A stretch of 64,000 bases of DNA from Promethearchaeota archaeon. Lineage in GTDB: Archaea; Asgardarchaeota; Lokiarchaeia; Sigyniarchaeales; SOKP01. A program made the translations under genes and the position numbers. Positions 30,293 through 40,900 of the stretch are shown one piece after another; position 1 is the first letter of the stretch; each line of letters starts with the position of its first letter. Where the stretch lies: contig JAUVXW010000015.1 of assembly GCA_030603385.1 (NCBI GenBank), positions 16,704 to 80,703 on the forward strand, written 5' to 3'. The notes beneath the pieces were generated by a model. That model had not been told where the DNA came from and did no database searches. It was given only the letters and a program-made list of their open reading frames with translations.

Positions 30293-30814
30293 ATGAATAC
30301 TAATTTTACTCAAGGAAAAAGTTGGATCATCTCAGCAATTAGTGATATAAAAATAGTTATAAATAGCCTTCAAAATGAATATTATTCTCTCGTAGCTTTT
30401 AGAAGTCAATTTGCCGTAGAAAAATTAAATAAAGCAATATTAAGTTTTATGGGTTTGAAAGTAGAAAAAACTCATACTCCAACGGATATATTAGAAGAAG
30501 TACTTACTAGCAAGTCTTCTTTGATTATTGATGTAGAAACAAAAAAGTTACTTGAGAAAATTTCAAAATATTCAAAATTTTTTGAAAATGAAGGAGTTCA
30601 AACTAGATATGGGACAATTAAGGATGATAAATTAATTATGGCTGAAGAAATATATCAATCTTTTAAAGATATTACGAATTTCATCATCAATCTTCAAAAA
30701 ATTGTTAATTGTTATTTAAAACTTCTTAGGGAGAGCTTGAATATAACAGAAAAAGAATTTAAAGAACTTGAACAATTAGAATTATTATTGGGAGAATTAA
30801 AGCAATGGATATAA
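30293..30814 (+). CDS. HEPN domain protein
   Basis: AFRSQFAVEK..KA, KTH, TRY; overlaps the MNT gene by 10 nt. Confidence 0.85.
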   Translation: MNTNFTQGKSWIISAISDIKIVINSLQNEYYSLVAFRSQFAVEKLNKAILSFMGLKVEKTHTPTDILEEVLTSKSSLIIDVETKKLLEKISKYSKFFENEGVQTRYGTIKDDKLIMAEEIYQSFKDITNFIINLQKIVNCYLKLLRESLNITEKEFKELEQLELLLGELKQWI

Positions 30815-31293
30815 ATTTGAAATTTATAAAAAACGAGTATTTCTTAAAAAAAATAGAAAAATACTTAAATCTTTTATTTCAAATAAATAAAAAAGTAATA
30901 GGACTAATTTTATTTGGTTCATTAGCGAGAGGAGATGCAACTTATTCAATAGAAAAGAAAAGCGATATTGATTTAATTATAATTTTTAGAGACAATGAAC
31001 TCCCTATACATCATAAAAAAAGAAGTGAAATGAAACTTAAATTATTGGAATTAGCACCTTCAGGAGTAGATTCACTCTGGATGACAGAAGGAGAATTTAT
31101 AAATTTAGTCAAAATCAAAACCGATATAATCTTATATGCTTTGGATGAGGGGAGAATTTTATATGACCCAGTAGGATTGATAAGAAAACAAAAAGATACT
31201 TTATTTAAAGAATTGAAAAAAAAAGGCGTTAAAAAGGAAAGACATTATTGGGCCTGGCCGATAAAAAGTTTTGGGGAAGAAATCGAATGGTAA
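30805..31293 (+). CDS. Minimal nucleotidyltransferase (MNT antitoxin-type)
   Basis: ILFGSLARGD..SDIDLI. Confidence 0.9.
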   Translation: MDINLKFIKNEYFLKKIEKYLNLLFQINKKVIGLILFGSLARGDATYSIEKKSDIDLIIIFRDNELPIHHKKRSEMKLKLLELAPSGVDSLWMTEGEFINLVKIKTDIILYALDEGRILYDPVGLIRKQKDTLFKELKKKGVKKERHYWAWPIKSFGEEIEW

Positions 31294-31414
31294 TAGATTT
31301 TTAATAAAATTTTTAAGATTTTTTTTAAAATTAAATATAAGTTAATTAGTTAAATGCTAAAATGAATGAGGAAATAAAATATATAAAAAAATTTAAAAGA
31401 ATTGAAATAAGAAA

Positions 31415-32962
31415 ATGTTAACATGTACTTTAGAGCAAGATGGAAAAAAGCGAGTAGAACATTTACTTGTAATTGACGCACATTCTCATCTGGGTCAAGA
31501 TGTAGATGGTGCTACAATGATGAATCCTTTGGCTCCAGGCGCCGGAACCTTTGATTTTTGGGGGAATGTCCAAGGGAGGATTAAGGCAGATTGGGAAAAA
31601 ACCGGTGAACAATCTTTCACTACTTTCATGGATGGAAAAAGTACTAAAATCTCATGGTCTTTTACGCCTTACCCTTTTACGGATAGATTATATATTGCTT
31701 TAGAAAAGCTTGGAAAAAAGCATTCTGATTTGAAAGAGAAATCAAAATTTTATTCAATGATAGATCAAGGAGTATGCTTTCCTTTTCAAGATGTGTTTCG
31801 TGATAAGCATCCAGAAGCGCTATATCGAGCAAGTAATATCAATGTTTCCCGTTTTACAACTAGATTTCCTTTTTCTATGAAACTTATCGGCTATGGTCGC
31901 TGTGATCCGATGGAAGGAGAAAAAGCGGTTAATGAAGTAAGGTACGCTAGAGAAGTATTAGGACTTCGTGGGTTAAAGCTTCATCCACGCTCCGAAGGAT
32001 GGATTGATAAAATTAGTTCAGAAAAGGCTATTCAAGTTCTTATAGAAGCAGTTTCATTTTCTATGCCTGTAATTTTTGACACACGAGGAAGAGGTTCAAT
32101 ATTACAAATTGCTCAATTAATTGAATCAACTAGAAATGTATTAAAGTCAAAATACCCTGATTTACTACCCCATCTTAAAGTGATTATTGCTCATTTTGCT
32201 CAAGGGAATATTGATGATTATGACGTTTATAATGCAATAGTTCAGCCAAACACTTATGGTGATCTTTCAATGTTGCACGGTGCGGGTGCGGGGAACTTTT
32301 TTGAAAGTTTTCGAAGATGGTTTCAATCTAATAACAAAAAGAGTGTAGATAATCGAGATTGGTCAGAATATCTCCTTTATGCTAGTGATTATCCCTATTT
32401 TGGTGATGTTCATGCTCAAAAATTGATGAAATATATTATTAATAAACAATTTTTTGATACTGGTGGAACCATACAGGATGTAAAAAATATCCTTGGATTA
32501 AATCAGTTAAAAGTTTTACCGGAATATAGTGTTCCTCAAAATCAAAAAGAATTAAAGAGTCCACCGAGTATAACAGTTTCTAATCCCAATTATAAACTAA
32601 ATAATGAAAGTACTTTTCAAACTATGATAAATTCTTTAGCTAAATTAATCATCGACAATCATATTGATATTAAAAAATTTTGTTTGCAATTTAAAGATAC
32701 TTGGGCAGTGTTTAACGATGATGTATTGTTAACAATCATATCAAATAAAAATAAACAAGAAAGAAACATATTACTGATGAATTTAATTAAAGACCAAATT
32801 TCAATTTTTGCCCCATTACAATCAAATATGGAATGGAAAAAATTTGGTTATAAATATTTTGACCCTATAGATAGAGCTTTCTTTGCTACTTTGTTTAAAC
32901 AGAATTATTTATCTATGGATATAAATAAAACGGTAGAAACTTTTACACATATCTATACTTAA
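31415..32962 (+). CDS. Amidohydrolase-2 family metal-dependent hydrolase
   Basis: IDAHSHLG, GLKLHP, IIAH, YASDYPY. Confidence 0.85.
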   Translation: MLTCTLEQDGKKRVEHLLVIDAHSHLGQDVDGATMMNPLAPGAGTFDFWGNVQGRIKADWEKTGEQSFTTFMDGKSTKISWSFTPYPFTDRLYIALEKLGKKHSDLKEKSKFYSMIDQGVCFPFQDVFRDKHPEALYRASNINVSRFTTRFPFSMKLIGYGRCDPMEGEKAVNEVRYAREVLGLRGLKLHPRSEGWIDKISSEKAIQVLIEAVSFSMPVIFDTRGRGSILQIAQLIESTRNVLKSKYPDLLPHLKVIIAHFAQGNIDDYDVYNAIVQPNTYGDLSMLHGAGAGNFFESFRRWFQSNNKKSVDNRDWSEYLLYASDYPYFGDVHAQKLMKYIINKQFFDTGGTIQDVKNILGLNQLKVLPEYSVPQNQKELKSPPSITVSNPNYKLNNESTFQTMINSLAKLIIDNHIDIKKFCLQFKDTWAVFNDDVLLTIISNKNKQERNILLMNLIKDQISIFAPLQSNMEWKKFGYKYFDPIDRAFFATLFKQNYLSMDINKTVETFTHIYT

Positions 32963-33070
32963 ACAGCTTAGTTTACCAACAGAACTATTATATTAGTTAA
33001 AATATAATTTATATATAAGAACTTATAAAAAGATTTTACTTAATTAATTCGCTCCCTAAAGGGATATAAC

Positions 33071-34129
33071 TTGAGAGGAATTGTAATTCTTAATTTAAGT
33101 GAAGGTTCTGAGCCTACTATTGACATTCAATATCCAGAAAATATATGTGATGAACTGCAAATATCAACGTCAGGATTGCTGAGCCTATTTGAACAACATA
33201 AAACCGTAAAAACTGGACCTAATTATCTTGAAATGCAAATCAAGAGAAATGTTAGTGTGGCAAGTTTTTTTACGGGTCATAGCAATAGAAGCTTCCTCGG
33301 GAAACCAGAGCATTCTATAACAATCTTCCTCTCTGATGATGATACTCTTCCTAAAACTTTTAAGGGTCAAGTAAGGCGCATAGCTTATGAATTATTACCC
33401 AAAAGGCAAGAACCAGATTTCTATGATCAATTTGTAAAATATTTTGAACTTTTGAAAAAAGGAGAATTAGATCCATATTATCAACAAATGCTGGAGCTAA
33501 CTCAAGATTTAAGTTCTAAAAGAGAAAGGATAGATGATCTCGCACAAAAAGTTTCTTTATTGGTATCTGATAGATCTGATCACCTAAGGAATGTAGATGC
33601 CCTAAAAGATGAAATAAATGGCCTATATACAAAAATGGACAATTGGTCTGGCCAAATGGCGGAGTTAAATGAATACAATGTAAGTTTGACTATGAAAATT
33701 AAGGAATTGAACAAATTATCGACTCAACATAAAAATGAGCTAACTCAAAGAGATGCACAAATTACCAATCTAACTACAATATTGAATGAAAAAAGTGAAA
33801 TTGAAGAGGGTGCAGAAAAATTACTTGATCAAATAAAAATGATTAAATCTGAAAATCAAAACTTAAGTCAAGAAATCTCAAAGTTAAATGAGACTAACAA
33901 AAATTTAAAATTTCAAGTTTTAAAAGCAAATCGGGAAAATGAGTCTCACTTAGATACAATTACTAATCTGAAATTAGAAATGAGAGCCATTAGGCAACAA
34001 ATCTCTTCTGAGAATAGCAGTAAAGGCAAAAAAAAAGATGAAATTATTGAAATGAAGAAGGAATTAAAAGTACTCAGAAGAGAAAGAGACCATTATAAAG
34101 AGATCGTTAAAAAGAATAAACTCCTTTAA
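33071..34129 (+). CDS. uDENN/longin-like N-terminal domain plus long coiled coil
   Basis: GIVIL..SEG..P.IDIQYPE..VASFFTG; the C-terminal ~200 aa are heptad-rich. Confidence 0.6.
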   Translation: MRGIVILNLSEGSEPTIDIQYPENICDELQISTSGLLSLFEQHKTVKTGPNYLEMQIKRNVSVASFFTGHSNRSFLGKPEHSITIFLSDDDTLPKTFKGQVRRIAYELLPKRQEPDFYDQFVKYFELLKKGELDPYYQQMLELTQDLSSKRERIDDLAQKVSLLVSDRSDHLRNVDALKDEINGLYTKMDNWSGQMAELNEYNVSLTMKIKELNKLSTQHKNELTQRDAQITNLTTILNEKSEIEEGAEKLLDQIKMIKSENQNLSQEISKLNETNKNLKFQVLKANRENESHLDTITNLKLEMRAIRQQISSENSSKGKKKDEIIEMKKELKVLRRERDHYKEIVKKNKLL

Positions 34130-34257
34130 TTTGAATTCAACTTTTAAAGAAATTGGTTCATCTTTCTAAGATATGAAAGTTGAGAAAATTATTCTATAAT
34201 ATTTAAATGAGAATGTTACGTTGAGTAACATACAATCTATTAAAAAGGTTTGAATCA

Positions 34258-35985
34258 ATGTTAAGCAAAAATAAACCAAAATTTACAGTTTTATTAATAA
34301 CGTTTTTAACCTGTTCAATCATAACCATTACAATTGACACCAATTTTCTAGCTTCAAATGAAATTTTCGAGCCTACACCCGATTATGAGACGACATCACT
34401 GAAGATCTCTGCTACGTATTCAGATATTGTAATCAATGATATCGGGGGAACAGATTGGGAATGGGCAATAACTCAAGGGTATTGTGTTGGTTCTGGTACA
34501 GTTGGCGATCCATACATAATAGAGGATGATATATTTATCTCCTCAGCGCCTCCAGGAGATTGTCTTAGTATTTTAAATTCTGAAAAATATTTCATAATTA
34601 GAAATTGCTCTTTTAAGGTTTCAGGAGGGAACGATGCTGGACTCTATTTATTTAATGTAACAAACGGACAGATAAATAATAATTTCTTTTATGATAATTA
34701 CTACGGAATGGAATTGGAACAAGTTAATAATACTGAAATTAGAGATAGCCAAATCGTTGACAATACCCACGATGGCATATTCTTATCTGATTCTCATTAT
34801 AATACTATTTCTAACAATAATATATCAGGAAATTCAAACCAAGGCATATTGCTTGATGATAGTACCCATAACACGATTTCCAATAACGAGATAAATGATA
34901 ATGGTGCAATCGGGATTATATTAGTAACAAATAGCAATGACAACACACTTTCAGGTAATGATGCTACTAGAAATGGATATGGTATTTACATTGATACTTG
35001 TAGTGAAAACACTATTTCTAATAATGACTTAATAGATAATAATCTCTTTGGGATATATTTAGAGGATGCAGATCAAAGTGATGTAATATCAAATACAGCT
35101 AATGATCATGGTGTAGCTGGAATTTATATAGAATTGGGAAGTGATGGTAATACTATTTCAAAGAACACTGCGAATAACAACCTTGACGACGGTATTTATG
35201 TATTGGATAGTGATAATAACACTATTAAAGAAAATACAATGAATCATAATGGAGATGATGGAATTTGGGTGGATGTATGTCAAGATTCAATCGTAAATAA
35301 AAATACAGCTTATAATAATTCCGGAAATGGAATACATCTTAATAATGGTGATAACATAACTTGCACTGAAAATTTAGTTTATGAAAATCAAGAAAATGGG
35401 ATTCGATTATTTAGTACAGATAACTGCATAATTGAAGATAATAATGCTCATCATAATGGTTTGGATGGGATAAGAGTATATTCTAGTAGTACTAACAATA
35501 TTCTAAGATTTAACATTGGCCAATTTAATAATTTAAGCGGAATTCATTTACTTTCAACTAGTAATTTTAATTTGTTAATTGATAACTTAGCAACAAATAA
35601 TCAAGAACATGGGATATATATTCAAACAAGCGATAGCAACACATTGACTAGTAATACTGCTAATAATAATGAATTAAACGGAATTAATTTACTCTCCAGC
35701 GATGCCAATTCTATTGTATCCAATATTGCGAAAAATAACAAAAACGGAACATTTCTAGACAGCAGTAATAATAACATAATAACTAATAATATATTAACTG
35801 GTAATGCTGCATGTTTTAACGAAACAGGAAGCACGGGTAATATTTTTGAAGGAAATATTTGCACGAGTGTAGGAGGGGGTCTAGGAATTGATCCCACTAC
35901 AATTTTGCTTATAACTAGCATTATAGAAGGTGTTGCTATATTAGCATTAGTGTCTCTCTTTTTCATTAGAAAGCGAAAATCCTAA
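34258..35985 (+). CDS. Membrane-anchored right-handed parallel beta-helix (NosD/CASH) surface protein
   Basis: Signal peptide, GSGT.GDPYII, many GI.L..S..NTI..N repeats, C-terminal TM plus RKRKS. Confidence 0.9.
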   Translation: MLSKNKPKFTVLLITFLTCSIITITIDTNFLASNEIFEPTPDYETTSLKISATYSDIVINDIGGTDWEWAITQGYCVGSGTVGDPYIIEDDIFISSAPPGDCLSILNSEKYFIIRNCSFKVSGGNDAGLYLFNVTNGQINNNFFYDNYYGMELEQVNNTEIRDSQIVDNTHDGIFLSDSHYNTISNNNISGNSNQGILLDDSTHNTISNNEINDNGAIGIILVTNSNDNTLSGNDATRNGYGIYIDTCSENTISNNDLIDNNLFGIYLEDADQSDVISNTANDHGVAGIYIELGSDGNTISKNTANNNLDDGIYVLDSDNNTIKENTMNHNGDDGIWVDVCQDSIVNKNTAYNNSGNGIHLNNGDNITCTENLVYENQENGIRLFSTDNCIIEDNNAHHNGLDGIRVYSSSTNNILRFNIGQFNNLSGIHLLSTSNFNLLIDNLATNNQEHGIYIQTSDSNTLTSNTANNNELNGINLLSSDANSIVSNIAKNNKNGTFLDSSNNNIITNNILTGNAACFNETGSTGNIFEGNICTSVGGGLGIDPTTILLITSIIEGVAILALVSLFFIRKRKS

Positions 35986-36130
35986 TTATCTCTTCTTTTT
36001 TTTATTTTTCTGAAGAAAAATCTCAATTCTAATGCCTGATACTTTAAGAAGAGTTCAGAAGAATTTAATTAAATAATTTTGAGATAATTTTAGAAACTTT
36101 TAAAAAGAATGGGAATGCGGAGTTTTTTTC

Positions 36131-36586
36131 TTAATCGGGTGTAAGCTCGTCAAGGTCCGATAAATCCAGACCACTATCCATCATTTCTGGGCTTTCTGCT
36201 AGAAATTCATTAAGTATGTCTTTCAATTCATCTCCCGAGCGTTTCAATATTAGCCTAATTAATCCAATGTTTATGTCTGGGTCGGAGATTAAAGTTAATA
36301 CACCTTTAGGTCCACACGACGATGCAAAGATCTTTCCGCCTAAAAATTCACTCGTAACTATTTCCAAATTGCCAAGTTCCAGGTTTTTACCTTGTTCTTC
36401 TGAGGCACAAAATACTGCGCTTGCAATAGCACCAATCCCGTCAACATCGGCAGGGAAATAAGAAAATTTTGAAACACTTGCGATAGTAAGTCCTGTTCTA
36501 TCAACTAAAATAACTTTTTTGATACCACTTTCACTTTTTATAATCTTACTTAGAATATTATCGAAGCTTTTGGTGTCAATACTAAT
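36131..36586 (-). CDS. Roadblock/LC7 domain protein
   Basis: Extended by hand: SIDTKSFDNILSKIIKSESGIKKVILVDRTGLTIA..GIGAIASAVFCASEEQG..; no ATG/GTG/TTG upstream of 36367 before the in-frame stop; ATT at 36586 follows AGGTGT. Confidence 0.85.
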   Translation of the reverse strand: MSIDTKSFDNILSKIIKSESGIKKVILVDRTGLTIASVSKFSYFPADVDGIGAIASAVFCASEEQGKNLELGNLEIVTSEFLGGKIFASSCGPKGVLTLISDPDINIGLIRLILKRSGDELKDILNEFLAESPEMMDSGLDLSDLDELTPD

Positions 36587-36988
36587 TGCAATACACCTTT
36601 TTAATTGATTTTGGTAATTTGATATTTAATGTAATAATATATTCTTCAATATTTAAAATTATTATAATCATTTGAATTTATAAAATTATCTTTTTGAAAT
36701 CTTTCATGGGAAATTAAGGAAAAATTATTTTTAAGAGGAATTCTTTAAAATCAACATATTAAATTTCTAACATTTTTTATGAAAAAAATATGATGCGGGA
36801 TGATATAGAAAAGAGATTACATAGAGTAATGATAAGAATACCCCAACAAGGTTATAAGTGTCCATACTCAAAGTATTGTGATAATTCTGAAAATAGTGCT
36901 AGGTGTAATCTTTTTTATCATAAATGTTCCAAGTTTATAGATTTTAATTCACACTCTTAATAGATTAGATATGGTTTAGGTAATTGAA

Positions 36989-37792
36989 ATGGATATGGGT
37001 TTAAAAGATAAGGTTGCATTGGTTTTAGCATCAAGTAAAGGTTTAGGATTAGCCTGTGCTAAAGGACTTTATGAAGAAGGAGCAAATGTTATCATTTGCA
37101 GTCGCTCTGCAGAAAATTTAGAAAAAGCTAAAGAAGATATAGAAGATATTAATTCAATCAACAATAAGGCAAGGGTTGTACCCATTGTAGCCGATTTGAT
37201 GCATGAAAACCAGATAAAGAATCTTGTAGAAAAAACTTTAAAGGAATTTGGTAGGATAGATATTCTGATTCATAATGCTGGTGGTCCTCCATCAGGTCCT
37301 ATAGACGCAATTACAAAGGAAGACTGGTCAAATTCAATTGATTTAAACCTTCTTTCTTTCATTAAAATAACTGATTTAGTCCTTCCTACCATGAAACAGC
37401 AAAAACATGGAAAAATAATCGCAATTACATCAGTTTCGGTAAAACAACCATTAGATAATTTAGTTTTGTCAAACACGACTCGATTAGGTGTAATAGGGTT
37501 TGCTAAGACTCTTGCTAATGTATATGCTAAAGATAATGTATTAGTGAATGTTGTTTGTCCTGGGCCAACCCTTACTGACAGGATGAAAGAATTAATAAAT
37601 AAAACAGTGAAAGATACAGGAAAGACTTATGAAGATGTGGAGAAAACATGGATAGATCCCATACCATTAGGACGATTAGGTAAACCGGAGGAATTAGCTA
37701 ATTTAGTCGTGTTCTTAGCCTCAGATAAAGCTAGTTATATTACAGGGACGGTAATTCAAGTTGATGGAGGTTTTATAAAAAGTGCTTTATAA
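36989..37792 (+). CDS. Short-chain dehydrogenase/reductase
   Basis: ASSKGLG, NAGGP, S..SN..R catalytic variant, YITGTVIQVDGG. Confidence 0.9.
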   Translation: MDMGLKDKVALVLASSKGLGLACAKGLYEEGANVIICSRSAENLEKAKEDIEDINSINNKARVVPIVADLMHENQIKNLVEKTLKEFGRIDILIHNAGGPPSGPIDAITKEDWSNSIDLNLLSFIKITDLVLPTMKQQKHGKIIAITSVSVKQPLDNLVLSNTTRLGVIGFAKTLANVYAKDNVLVNVVCPGPTLTDRMKELINKTVKDTGKTYEDVEKTWIDPIPLGRLGKPEELANLVVFLASDKASYITGTVIQVDGGFIKSAL

Positions 37793-37998
37793 AAAAAATT
37801 ATTGAGATATCACTTTCATATTTCAGAAATTTAAATAATGAATTACTTATTTCTATTGATAAATGAAGAAGATTTTAATATACCATATTGATATTATTAT
37901 CCTAAATTTTCTTCTAATAACATATATAATAAAAGTTAATTAATTATTATTTCAAATTAGATTTAAAGAAATAAAGAATATAAGAATTTCATAGGTGA

Positions 37999-40900
37999 GT
38001 GAAATTGAGAGTAAAAAAGTGTAGGTTTTTGATGGTGAATGGAATTAGTAGAAAAAAGATTTTAGTTATATCGGTCTTATTTATCAGTTTCTTAATGATT
38101 CCTTTTTTAAACAATCTTAACCTAAATCGGAATTTCAATGAAAATGAGCAAAAGTATATTAAAGATGAAGATATTGTTATCCAAAATTTAAAAACTCAGG
38201 ATCTAACCACTGATAATATATTTAGTGGGATAGGAGCTGCTTGGAATGTATCTCATTGGGCTAAACGAACGGATTATGACGAATCAGTAAAATTTGGAAA
38301 CGGAACATCTTATTCAGTTTATATGGATTTAGGTACTGATTGGGAAGGTTACCAATTAAACGGAACGATTAAAGAATTATATGATAAAAGAAATTGGGTT
38401 AATGGATCTTTTAATGCTGGACCTGATGATGATAATCCTAATTGTCCCGATAATGATAGCCTTTATCTTACAGATTGGATGTTTGATTATAGAGAAACTT
38501 CAGGAGGGGCAGGTGATCCTCCTTATGAAAATACATTTTCTGGAAATTATTTCAACAGTACGAATGATCCTTCTGGTACTGGCAATGATTGCTTAGAATT
38601 GAGAATGGATGGTGAAGGAACGGGTTATGATCAATATGATAGATGTTGGTGGGAGTCAAATTTTACTCTCCCTAGGGGTGATGTAATTGAGGGAGAAGTC
38701 TCTCTTGCAATGTATCCTAAAAGCCAATATGACGAAACTCGCGATTATGGAACTCATTGGAGTATTCAAGTTATCCTAAATGGAGTAGTAATTGACGATA
38801 AAAATCTATTATGGTTAAATCAAACTGGAAAGGGTGATTGGGTTCCTTTAAAATTACAATTAACTAATTGGTTAGACAACCCTGTAGTATTTCCAAATGG
38901 TGTGAAAAATATGTCCCTTAGGATCCAATTAATAAGAAATGGGGGAACTTTATCTTATGGACCTTATGGAACATATCAACAAGTTCTTATTGATAATGTA
39001 TCCTTAACAGTAAAATCACAGGTAAATGCAACTCAAATTGGGTTACAAATGAACGAACAACCAGTATCTGATAGTAATGAATGGGGCAATGGAATAGTAG
39101 AACAAATTAGTTCTTGGACTACAACTCCTCTTGACGTTAAATTTAACAGTACTGAAGTTAGACCTTCAGAAATGGGTGGATATGAGGTAGAATTTAAAAC
39201 AGACTTAAATCTATTCGCAAAAAAAATGAATAGAGAGTCTCATTATCAACCTAACTTTTTGGGAACAAGTTTCGAGGTAAAAAATGACAGTTCCGTAGAA
39301 TGGGAATGCTATGCGCGTGTTTCTGTTCCGACAGGATATAGTGAATCTAATATGACAATCAGATTCCCTGAAGACGTTAATATAACTTGGATTTCCAATG
39401 CAGAAAAACCAAATACCAATATATTAAAATATTGTGATAATTCAACTCTAGGGATAATAAAAGTATCTAATTTTTCAGAAACACCAGATGGTTTTTGGTG
39501 GGTGAAAGGTAAATCACCTAATTATTGTACTGAGCTAAATATCTATAATGACGTTACAGGTCAATGGATTCTTAATAATACCTTCCTTAGTGGAGATTCT
39601 ATCAATATAACTGGAAAAATCGAAAGTGCTGGGCTTGATATTTCCGGATATATCGGAAATACTAAAGCAAAACTTTACATAAAATTTCCAAACGGGATGA
39701 TTTGGGCAGCAGAAAATCAAATAAAACAGGTCAATGATAATGGATTTGTATATTTTGATCCTATTATAATACCTAATAATGTACCAAATTATGAAGCAGG
39801 AGAATATGAAGCAATTATTACTTGGAATAACTCTTATTCTTCGTTTGGATTAAACGAGACTGGAATTATTTATAAAAGATTTAATGTTATTCATGATTCG
39901 ATACTTGAACCTGATCAAGGTATTTACTTCATCGAAAACGTAATAGATGATCGGATTATAAATATAAAAGTGTCTTATAAAGATAAAATAGATGTTACGG
40001 CAATAGAAAACGCATTAGTATATACAAACTTTGCAGGTGAAGACCATAATCTCACAGAAATAAGTCCAGGATTTTATTTATTCGAATTCAATGCGAGTAA
40101 AGCTAATGCTGGGAACAATACTTTAACAATTTTTGCAAACTCTACATATTTTTTGAATAAAGTAATAAATGTTACTGTTGACGTCGTAAAAGAAACTCTT
40201 CTCACCGTAGAAAATGAATTTTTTACTGTTGCATGGAATGATAATTTTACAGTGAAATTTAACTATACTGAAAAGAATACTGGAAGTGGAATAAACGCTT
40301 TTGATGATGTTAATATAACTTGGAACGGTGAATATCATTTGATCCAACCGATCGATGGACAGTATGAGCTTGAGTGTAATACATCAACTTATGATTCACT
40401 TACTCTTCAATCATTCATCATTTCTATAAATCCGTATAAGTATGAAGCTCAATCTGTTCTTATTAGAGTACAAATAACAGAATTAGAATCTTCTTTAAGT
40501 TTATTTGTAAATGATATCCCAACAAACTACAGTGATACAATTCAAGTTGAATTAGGAGAAACTATAAATATTACAGTTCAATATAAAGACAACTTAACAA
40601 CGAATCATCTTCCTAATGCAACAGTTGAGTTATTAGGAATTGACTTTCTAAATGATACAAAGGATCAGTATACTTTAATTATAGGAGAAGAAGTTTTGGA
40701 TCAGGGAATCACAGCTTTGACTATATTTGCCCAACTGGTTAATTACAAACCTCAATCAATTAACTTTTTCATTGAAGTGGCAGAAAAAGAGACAAATTTA
40801 CAATTATTATTAAATAGTGAAGAAAAAACTCTTGATCCTGTATATAATCTTACAATAGGTGAGATATTAAATATAACAGTAAAGTATACAGAACAAACTG

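Noticed and set aside
34650-35860. Repetitive AAT-rich DNA as a possible CRISPR or tandem repeat
   Set aside because: Explained by Asn-rich beta-helix protein repeats; no identical repeats with unique spacers
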